A stretch of 55,554 nt of DNA, from positions 1 to 55,554 of IMG/VR virus record IMGVR_UViG_3300014208_000050. One strand, 5' to 3'. Shown piece after piece: positions 1 to 6,896 of this stretch (the first letter of the stretch is position 1; every line of letters starts with the position of its first letter). The notes under the pieces are model-generated. The model searched no databases, was not told where the DNA came from, and worked only from the letters and a program-made list of their open reading frames with translations. The DNA is from a virus. Lineage: Duplodnaviria; Caudoviricetes. The translations under genes and the position numbers were made by a program.

Positions 1-72
1 AAGGCAAGGCAAGGCAAGGCAAGGCAAGGCAAGGCAAGGCAAGGCAAGGCAAGGCAAGGCAAGGCAAGGCAA
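1..72. repeat. (AAGGC)n pentanucleotide tandem repeat, truncated by window start
   Basis: 14 perfect AAGGC units followed by AAGG. Confidence 0.97.
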
Positions 73-160
73 GGGACCGGCCGACCGACCGGCCGACCAC
101 ACAACATAAGCTACCCTAATACTATCAGACTGTCATAATGGCAGTTGTAGTCAATGTGAC

Positions 161-212
161 TACATTATGTACATTATGTACATTATGTACATTATGTACA
201 TAACGTACATAG
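161..212. repeat. 9-bp tandem repeat TACATTATG
   Basis: 4 perfect copies at 161-196, then TACATAACG and TACATAG. Confidence 0.95.
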
Positions 213-332
213 TAAACAGGTAGCTATAAACACTTGGTATTAAAGGAGTTACGGCAAAAATGTCTCAATGCTTGGGAATCGCTCACGCGCGGTTATAAGA
301 CCCCGCCAAAGTGTCGTCATAATGACTACACC

Positions 333-375
333 ACTATATCTTGTATGCTTTGCAACGCAACATACAAGATATAGT
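333..375. repeat. 15-bp perfect inverted repeat (arms resemble an NrdR box)
   Basis: ACTATATCTTGTATG ... CATACAAGATATAGT with inner TTGC-AAC-GCAA. Confidence 0.85.
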
Positions 376-898
376 ATCCGCCACTATGGCGTTCTATACC
401 ATCCCCATTGTAGTGTAGCAAAATGATACACTTTCTACCCTCCATTAGACTTGTCCCCACTTTCTGAGGACAAAACGTCAATCCAATAATCCATAACTCC
501 AATAATACCAATACTTTGTATCAAACAACCGAATAGACTAGTAATCTATTCCGGTGGCCTCTGGTCACCTCCAAGCGGGTGGGGAGGGTCAAATTTACCA
601 ATGATGACCAAGTTTATAAAGTATCGTTTGGCCTTGCTGCTTCGACATCGGTCTGGCATCCCGTCTCGGTCCTTGACGCGGCAAATCGTCGCGGGCTCCA
701 GCCAGTTTAGACCCCGTAAAGTTATAAATACGCGGCATCAAACAACACCCTCTCTTAACGGTAAATCGTCGAGAAATTAAAGAATCTCACCGGAGGGGTA
801 AATCTTGAACAAATCTACCGCCACCAAACAGACACCTAACTTGATAATTTGTAAGAACTTACACGAAAATTAGGTATACTACTACAGAGTGGTATGTC

Positions 899-1211
899 AC
901 CCCTGATAAATCCACTTTTTGCATTTTTACCGGGGTTAAGTCAAGGTCCGACAAGGGGTTTCCAACTCAGGCGGTAGAAAACGTTTCTACCGCTATTACT
1001 CTCTACTATACACGTTATAACTATAAATATATTTAATACATATATTTATAAATATAACAGACACGGATAAGTATAATAGGACGATAGAAATATTCCTACC
1101 GACGAGGGTTAAGTTGTTACTAGATAACGACTTAACTACAAAAAGTGGATTTATCAGGGGTCTGACACCCCCCGCACTAAGTCGTTGATAGATAACGACT
1201 TAACCCCGGTA
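899..1211. repeat. Interleaved inverted repeats around an AT-rich core (origin- or packaging-site-like)
   Basis: 23-bp perfect IR 899-921/1139-1161; 15-bp perfect IR 928-942/1197-1211; palindrome GCGGTAGAAA-acg-TTTCTACCGC at 971-993; AT-rich 1015-1058; IHF consensus match on the minus strand at 1178-1190. Confidence 0.8.
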
Positions 1212-1305
1212 GAAATTTATCGGTTATTCCGGTATTTGGCCTATGAATTTACCGGAGGGTCGCTTACCACCCGTTAGTTGACGCGGCGAATCGTCACGGG
1301 AGCCC

Positions 1306-1713
1306 TCAAGAGCCCCACTTCCGACTACGATCAAAGTCCCTCTCTGTAGGGGGTGGTAGCGGGACAGGTCCGTCAACGGTCCATAATGAGACTACGTCGA
1401 GCATCTCGTCATACTGGGTGGTCCAGTCGCCATCCGTGTGTTCTGTGAGGTATTTTGCGAGTGCGGCCGCTTTCTCGGTACGCGCTCCGACTGCGAAACC
1501 ACGGGCGTAGTAGATCAACCCCGTCTTGAAGACTATCAGCACCCGGCCTGCAAAGCCGATAATACCGAAGACTGGCAGGTTCAAGGCTTCAAGGTTGTGA
1601 GAAGTCGCGGTAATCGTTCCGTCCTCGGGCACAAGGTTGAGACCTTCGTAGGCCGGATGGTACGATGTACCGCCCCTAAACGCTTGAATTAGATCGTTTT
1701 GCAGATCAATCAT
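1306..1713 (-). CDS. hypothetical protein
   Basis: ORF divergent from the recombinase-like gene; start chosen at ATG 1713 (MIDLQNDL) to avoid overlapping the promoter. Confidence 0.6.
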   Translation of the reverse strand: MIDLQNDLIQAFRGGTSYHPAYEGLNLVPEDGTITATSHNLEALNLPVFGIIGFAGRVLIVFKTGLIYYARGFAVGARTEKAAALAKYLTEHTDGDWTTQYDEMLDVVSLWTVDGPVPLPPPTERDFDRSRKWGS

Positions 1714-1742
1714 TTGACAATCCTGATAAGGTGGCGTACTAT
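1714..1742 (+). promoter_or_regulatory. sigma70-type promoter
   Basis: TTGACA-17 nt-TACTAT, then GGGAGA RBS and ATG 1763. Confidence 0.8.
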
Positions 1743-1762
1743 AGGCACGGGAGAACCAAACC

Positions 1763-2500
1763 ATGAAAGTGTTCTACTACCTCGTTAGAGGTACTGATAG
1801 TTTAAGAAAATCCGAGAAGGGTGTCAAGACCCCTAAGAGAGTAGAAAATCTCGCCTGCTCCGTGTTCGAGACCCTGAGCCCAGCCGTGAAGAAGAGAATC
1901 AAAGACAAGGTGAGGGAAGATCATCTCTTTGTTGAACACGTTGAACTTCGCAAAGAGTCTTGGCCCATGCTGATAAAGGCGATTGAAAAAGCTAAGTCAT
2001 TGCGACAACCCTTGCAGATTCTCAATGTTGGTAAACTTACCCGGAGTCCGTCCTTTTTGAGGGTACTCACGGATTCAAGGGTGGAGTTCGATACGGACTG
2101 CGTCCTGTGCGACAAGAACGTGGCCCAGCACTATGCCTTCGCGGTCGAATGGGTGCGGAATCTGTCCAGCACAATGCGGGACGCTATGTCCGGGTCCAAG
2201 GCTAAGATGGGCTTCGCTAAAGCCCATCACCGCAACGATAGACGCTGTGTGGCAGGGGCCTTGAAAGGATCAGCCAACGCAGCCAAAGCTCGCACAGAGC
2301 GATCCAGGCGGGCCTACGCGGCCGTTGTGGCTAAGATCGAGATCATGCGTAGTCAAGAGAAGACATGGGACGAGATTGCTGAGCAGCTTAACAGGGACGG
2401 CCACCGTAGTACATCGGGACTACCGTTCAACCGACCAACATTGATTCGTCTCTATCAAAGGGCAAGAGGTGTCAAACCGAGGAAACGAAATGAAACGTGA
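1763..2500 (+). CDS. serine recombinase/resolvase-like protein with C-terminal HTH, catalytic motifs degenerate
   Basis: YYLVRGT where YxRxS is expected; WPMLIKAIEKAK...GKLTRS where RPxL...DRLxR is expected; C-terminal TWDEIAEQLNRDGHRSTSG HTH. Confidence 0.7.
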   Translation: MKVFYYLVRGTDSLRKSEKGVKTPKRVENLACSVFETLSPAVKKRIKDKVREDHLFVEHVELRKESWPMLIKAIEKAKSLRQPLQILNVGKLTRSPSFLRVLTDSRVEFDTDCVLCDKNVAQHYAFAVEWVRNLSSTMRDAMSGSKAKMGFAKAHHRNDRRCVAGALKGSANAAKARTERSRRAYAAVVAKIEIMRSQEKTWDEIAEQLNRDGHRSTSGLPFNRPTLIRLYQRARGVKPRKRNET

Positions 2501-2732
2501 AAAGCACGATTGGGGCGTCCGGCTGATCGACAAGCCCTTCAAAGGGTTGAAGAACGAGGATATGTGGATGCAAGCTGAAATCTCGAAGAGGACGGGGCAG
2601 GGAACTGAGGTTCGTTTCTTCTTTGCCGGGACCGGCGTGGATAAGCGAAAGGCATTCCGTAAGGGCGACCTACTCGTTTGGATCGAGCGGCTTCGAGCAT
2701 TGTATGACGCGGCAAACGAGGAGACCAAGTAG
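2490..2732 (+). CDS. hypothetical protein
   Basis: ATG with GAGG RBS, overlaps upstream stop, followed by a terminator. Confidence 0.7.
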   Translation: MKREKHDWGVRLIDKPFKGLKNEDMWMQAEISKRTGQGTEVRFFFAGTGVDKRKAFRKGDLLVWIERLRALYDAANEETK

Positions 2733-2759
2733 ACTTTTGATTCATCAATGAATTGCTTC

Positions 2760-2793
2760 AAAGGCACGTCCAAACGGGCGTGCCTTTTCTTTT
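2760..2793 (+). terminator. Rho-independent terminator
   Basis: AAAGGCACGTCC-aaac-GGGCGTGCCTTT followed by TCTTTT. Confidence 0.85.
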
Positions 2794-2810
2794 GGAAATT
2801 TCGAGAATTA

Positions 2811-2843
2811 TTGGTTAAAAATCACGATTTTTTGCCTTATTAC
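2811..2843 (+). promoter_or_regulatory. putative phage promoter heading the late operon (motif P1)
   Basis: TTGGTTAAaaatcacgattttTTGCCTTATTAC; 27/33 identical to 37395-37427; lies between a terminator and the first late gene. Confidence 0.65.
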
Positions 2844-2858
2844 ATAAGGATACAGAAC

Positions 2859-3410
2859 ATGCTCAAAGTCGGCGACATCATCGGTTTCTCAGGCAAAGGA
2901 CTGCTCAGCGACTTCATCAATGTCGTCACCTTGGGCGTGCCGCGAGTGAACCTAAGCCATGTTGGTATTCTCGGTGAGCACCAAGGGCGGCTGTATCTGT
3001 TTGAGTCAACGACTTTAGACAACTTGCCCTGTGAAATAATGGGGAAGCCGATCAAGGGTACGCAGGCACACACGCTTGCGAAGGTTGTCGAAGCCTATCA
3101 GGGTAAGGTGTGGCACTATCCGCTGTACCGGGAACTGTACCCGAGCGAAGCCGCAAGGCTCAATCAGTTCCTCGTTCAAAGTCTTGGAAAGCCTTACGAC
3201 TCTCTGGGAGCGATGCGGTCGGTTTCATGGGTGGAGTCACTGTTCCGACACCAGGATTTGGCAAGCATATTTTGTAGCGAATGGCTGGCGGCGGCGCTGG
3301 CGACAATCGGGTTGTGCCCGACTGACAACGCGAGTCGTTGGAACCCAAATCGTCTGGTACGTCGGTTACGACGAAGAGAGATTGTTCTGAAGCCGTTGAG
3401 GTTGAAGTGA
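2859..3410 (+). CDS. permuted papain-like amidase (YiiX/YaeF, C92 family)
   Basis: LKVGDIIGF, SHVGI, LGKPYD, IFCSEW motifs (His before Cys); start at MLKVGD. Confidence 0.85.
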   Translation: MLKVGDIIGFSGKGLLSDFINVVTLGVPRVNLSHVGILGEHQGRLYLFESTTLDNLPCEIMGKPIKGTQAHTLAKVVEAYQGKVWHYPLYRELYPSEAARLNQFLVQSLGKPYDSLGAMRSVSWVESLFRHQDLASIFCSEWLAAALATIGLCPTDNASRWNPNRLVRRLRRREIVLKPLRLK

Positions 3411-3784
3411 AGTTGCTTTCTCTCAGCCAAGGAAAAGAAACTCAGATCAGCGACGAGGACTACGGCTTCCTCAGTCAGTGGAAGTGGCACCTTCACCAAG
3501 GACATGCGAAGCGACGGATCGACGGACGGCTGGTTTCCATGCGAGAGTTCATTGAGAGTCAAGCAGGCGTCTCAGTGAGGTACAAGGATGGAAGCCCGCT
3601 GAACAACCAACGCGAGAATTTTGAAGAAGGAAAACAAGGAAGACTCGACAAAGGGAAGTCTCGCGGAAAAGGCCCTTGGTGGAATGAGAGAACAGGTCTG
3701 TGGCGGGTGTCGGTGCGGGGTAAGTATTACGGCGAATTCGAGGATCATAAGTACGCCGTAAGCGTCTACAACAAGTACAAATGA
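3407..3784 (+). CDS. degenerate HNH endonuclease with AP2-like C-terminus
   Basis: LSQGKETQISDEDY..LSQWKWH N-terminus; VRYKDGSPLNNQRENF lacks the catalytic His; WRVSVRGKYYGEF AP2-like tail. Confidence 0.7.
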   Translation: MKLLSLSQGKETQISDEDYGFLSQWKWHLHQGHAKRRIDGRLVSMREFIESQAGVSVRYKDGSPLNNQRENFEEGKQGRLDKGKSRGKGPWWNERTGLWRVSVRGKYYGEFEDHKYAVSVYNKYK

Positions 3785-4296
3785 AGTATCTCCTCGCTGC
3801 GATTATTGGACTGACACTTGCAACAGCCGAGCGACCTGTTGTCAACGTCCCAAAGGCAGCCCGACAGTCGAACTGGCTCGGGAGTCAGGGAGAAGGTTCC
3901 TGCGTCATCGCCTCGACGATCAGCCTGCTTCGCTGGCAAGGTCGCTACAAGATGGCCGAACGGTGGCGAAGTCAGTACAGTAACGGGCAGGGACCGGAAA
4001 GTCTTGCCGCGAAGTTCGAGGCAAACGGGATGCGTTTTGCTGAGACGATCAGCGGTGACATTCGGTTCTTGGAGTGGGCAGTAAGGACTCGTCGCGGCTG
4101 CGGGGTCACTGTGATGGGTGGCTCACATATGGTCACTTTGGTCGGACTTGATAAGAAGTTTGCGTACTTACTTGACAATAACGCAGTGGAGAGTTTCATC
4201 GTCGTTCCCCGAGCTACGTTCTTGGCGGAATGGCGAGCAAGTTACGGTTGGGCTGTGACGCCTGTGTACTGCCCGGCCGCACCATTACCTCAGTGA
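3781..4296 (+). CDS. secreted papain-fold (C39-like) cysteine peptidase
   Basis: signal peptide MKYLLAAIIGLTLA; GSCVIAS, SHMVTLVG and YLLDNN catalytic motifs. Confidence 0.75.
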   Translation: MKYLLAAIIGLTLATAERPVVNVPKAARQSNWLGSQGEGSCVIASTISLLRWQGRYKMAERWRSQYSNGQGPESLAAKFEANGMRFAETISGDIRFLEWAVRTRRGCGVTVMGGSHMVTLVGLDKKFAYLLDNNAVESFIVVPRATFLAEWRASYGWAVTPVYCPAAPLPQ

Positions 4297-4304
4297 GTCA
4301 AACA

Positions 4305-4937
4305 ATGAGTCGAGTATTTCTTAGTCTGTTGTTGATCTTGACTGTGACACCACTGTATGCGCAGACAAACTATGGCGTCAATGCCAAAGAGCGAGTCGTC
4401 AAGCTTCCTGAAGATGCGAGCAAGTGGCACGTTAGTGTAGTCGGCCAGGGCGAACGCTACCAAACGATTCTCGGTTGGTTCGACAACGGACGCTTGAAGG
4501 AACTCAAAGCTCAAGTGATGTTCCATCCTGTTACGCCGAGCGATCCGATCTACGCCGATCGGTATGCACCAAATACCAAGACACTACCAATGGTTCGAGT
4601 CCAGAATGAAAAGGGCTCAACTATTTTTGAAGCGGCCGGAGATAACATTCCCATGACAGGTGAGGGCCTCTATGCAGCGATCGCCAGCGCTGTGAACGGG
4701 AGCGAAGAGTGGCTTCCGTGGCGACGGAACAATAAGAAGGACTCCGAACCGACACCCGAGCCAGTTGTACCAGACACCGATCCTGAACCTCAACCTCTTG
4801 ACAACGGTGGTGCCCCTGTATTGGAGCCTGTTGATGAGTTGCCTAATTTGCTCCCTCTAATCGCTTGTGTCGCCCTATTTGTCGGCGGTGTTCTCGGGCA
4901 GGTTCAAGCGTCGAAGAAATACCACTCGGGTAAATAG
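4305..4937 (+). CDS. exported membrane-anchored protein (possibly thioredoxin-like fold)
   Basis: signal peptide, globular domain, Pro/Glu-rich linker, C-terminal TM helix followed by basic residues. Confidence 0.65.
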   Translation: MSRVFLSLLLILTVTPLYAQTNYGVNAKERVVKLPEDASKWHVSVVGQGERYQTILGWFDNGRLKELKAQVMFHPVTPSDPIYADRYAPNTKTLPMVRVQNEKGSTIFEAAGDNIPMTGEGLYAAIASAVNGSEEWLPWRRNNKKDSEPTPEPVVPDTDPEPQPLDNGGAPVLEPVDELPNLLPLIACVALFVGGVLGQVQASKKYHSGK

Positions 4938-5000
4938 ATGTAGTTGGGCTCGTATTCCCCAAGTAAAGACTACCAATAGTACACCGCCTAATCCTGTACA

Positions 5001-5561
5001 ATGTCTAATGAAAGAAGAAACGAGCGTCAACGCTTGTATGCAAAAGCGAATAGAGAAGAGATACAAGCGAAACGGCGAACATATTATGCTGAGCATAAGA
5101 CAGAGATTCAGGCAAGACAGAAACTTTATCGGGACACGCATAAGGACGAGTTAAACGCACGAAGGGCAGCCCATTATGCAGCAAATAGGGACGAGATTCT
5201 ACCTAAAAGGCAGGCGTATAGGGCCGAGCATCGTGACGAGATACGCGCGAAGCGAAAGCTTGCGTGGGCAACACGAACAGCGATTGATAAAGAAGATCAT
5301 TGGCTGAAGCACTTACAGCAGCGATACGGACTGTCACAAGAAGAGTACGAGGAACTTAAAGAGCGTCAGAAGAGTAAATGTGCGATTTGCGGACGGAAGC
5401 AAAGTGGTAAGAGACTGTCTGTAGATCATTGTCACTCAACCGGGCTGGTTAGAGGGCTACTTTGTAACAAGTGTAACGCCGCGTTAGGTTTGTTAGACGA
5501 TTATCCTGACCGCCTTAGGTGTGCAATCCGTTATTTAGAGAATTCAAAAAAGGGAGCGTGA
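5001..5561 (+). CDS. endonuclease VII-family homing endonuclease
   Basis: YGLSQEEY...CAICG...LSVDHCH..G.VRGLLCNKCN; N-terminal ~15-aa YxxxRDEI repeats. Confidence 0.92.
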   Translation: MSNERRNERQRLYAKANREEIQAKRRTYYAEHKTEIQARQKLYRDTHKDELNARRAAHYAANRDEILPKRQAYRAEHRDEIRAKRKLAWATRTAIDKEDHWLKHLQQRYGLSQEEYEELKERQKSKCAICGRKQSGKRLSVDHCHSTGLVRGLLCNKCNAALGLLDDYPDRLRCAIRYLENSKKGA

Positions 5562-5562
5562 C

Positions 5563-5994
5563 ATGGTACAGGTTTTAGTTTGGGTTTGTGTAGCCGTTGC
5601 GTGCTTCGTTGTTGGTCAGTGGATCGGCAAGAAACTTTTCGGTGTGAAGAAGGATGTCTCGAAGTTGAAGAGGTCGATGCAGTCATTGGCAATCACCCTT
5701 CGTGAGCACGGCCTGCGTCGTTTGCCCGAGGCGCTGGAAGAGGCAGTCGTTGGTGACGTGGACGACATTTTTGTTGCTGTCAAGGATTTTGCCACCGTCG
5801 TGAAAGCGGGGAACGAAGCGATCGTTTGTGAGTTGGAGGGCACCTTTAACCGGATGCTGGACAACAAGCTCACGAGTCCCGAAGGACGAGCACTCGTCGA
5901 AGCTAAACTCAACGAAGCGAAGAAAGTTGCGATTGAGGTCGCTAAGGTTGTTGCGCCTATCGCTGCAAAAGCCGCTGTAGTTGCAGTTTTGTAA
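5563..5994 (+). CDS. membrane protein (N-terminal TM, helical body)
   Basis: hydrophobic N-terminus, GGGAG RBS. Confidence 0.75.
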   Translation: MVQVLVWVCVAVACFVVGQWIGKKLFGVKKDVSKLKRSMQSLAITLREHGLRRLPEALEEAVVGDVDDIFVAVKDFATVVKAGNEAIVCELEGTFNRMLDNKLTSPEGRALVEAKLNEAKKVAIEVAKVVAPIAAKAAVVAVL

Positions 5995-5999
5995 ACATA

Positions 6000-6070
6000 A
6001 CGCCGGTAGCCCAATTAAAGAGGCAGGTGGACAACACTGTCAAGTGCGGGTGAAAGTCCCGCCCGGCGTA
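6000..6070 (+). ncRNA. tRNA-like element 1 (shortened anticodon arm)
   Basis: acceptor ACGCCGG/CCGGCGT; TAGCCCAATTAAAGAGGCA D arm; T arm GCGGG-TGAAAGT-CCCGC; no 7-nt anticodon loop. Confidence 0.7.
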
Positions 6071-6083
6071 ACGGAACAAATGA

Positions 6084-6524
6084 ATGTGTAATACTTTGCT
6101 GCGAAGCGAGACTAATAAGGCTCACTACGAAGCACATAAGGACGAGTATCTTGCGCGTAGTAAGAAGTATTACGAAGACCACAAGGAAGAAGTTAAAGCG
6201 CGTAACCGAGCGTATAACAAAGCCCACAGAGAAGAAATTAACACACGCGAAAACGCGCGTCCAGTGAGGCAGCGTGCAAGAAATATCAAAGCTAGGTACG
6301 GCTTGTCGCTGGCTGAGTTTGAAACAATCAAGGATAAGCAGCGTGGTGTGTGCGCAGTTTGTGGCTGTACAAGAAAATTACTTGTAGATCACTGTCACAC
6401 AACTGGTAGGGTGCGTGGTTTGCTTTGTCAGAAGTGTAATACGGGAATTGGATTTCTAGGTGACGACTTAAATGGACTCACTAAAGCCGTGCAGTATCTA
6501 AGTTTAGTTCAGGTTCCCGAATGA
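6084..6524 (+). CDS. endonuclease VII-family homing endonuclease
   Basis: YGLSLAEF...CAVCG...VDHCHTTGRVRGLLCQKCN; paralog of 5001..5561. Confidence 0.92.
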   Translation: MCNTLLRSETNKAHYEAHKDEYLARSKKYYEDHKEEVKARNRAYNKAHREEINTRENARPVRQRARNIKARYGLSLAEFETIKDKQRGVCAVCGCTRKLLVDHCHTTGRVRGLLCQKCNTGIGFLGDDLNGLTKAVQYLSLVQVPE

Positions 6525-6536
6525 AAGTTCTCCCGA

Positions 6537-6896
6537 ATGTTGAAATCGACTTGCGTCGTGACTCTGGCTTTACTTGTGTTTGGTTGTCAACCGATGACGA
6601 CTGCACCGTTGGTGACTCCGGTTAAAGTGAAACCAGTTCTAACTGTGTTCAGCGCGACTTGGTGCAGACCTTGCCGAGCCGCGAAACCAGCCATTGACCA
6701 GATTGAAACTCTGGGGATTTTAACCATCATACGTTACGACATCAACGAGTCCCCTGCAATCGCTAAGCGATACGGGGTGACGAGTGTTCCAACTTTCTTT
6801 TTTCAAGGAAGACGGACACATGATGTTGATGCGGTACTACGATGGGTGAAAGAGTATGCCAAAGTATGTGCCGAAGCAACTGTTGACTCCAAGTAG
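6537..6896 (+). CDS. thioredoxin-family lipoprotein
   Basis: lipobox LVFG-C; FSATWCRPC active site; YGVTSVPTF cis-Pro motif. Confidence 0.88.
   Translation: MLKSTCVVTLALLVFGCQPMTTAPLVTPVKVKPVLTVFSATWCRPCRAAKPAIDQIETLGILTIIRYDINESPAIAKRYGVTSVPTFFFQGRRTHDVDAVLRWVKEYAKVCAEATVDSK

Noticed and set aside
326-511. 61-aa minus-strand ORF
   Set aside because: Lies across the hairpin region with no RBS or recognisable features
1-1300. CRISPR array in the repeat-rich left end
   Set aside because: Repeats are tandem or inverted with no regular unique spacers, and no cas genes are present
1763-2500. Functional integrase indicating a prophage
   Set aside because: Catalytic motifs are degenerate, it is too short for a large serine integrase, and no host genes or repressor are visible
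6044-6062. Group II intron 5' end (GTGCG...GGTGAAAGTCCC)
   Set aside because: No reverse transcriptase or domain V is visible, and the sequence is fully explained as a T arm within a cloverleaf
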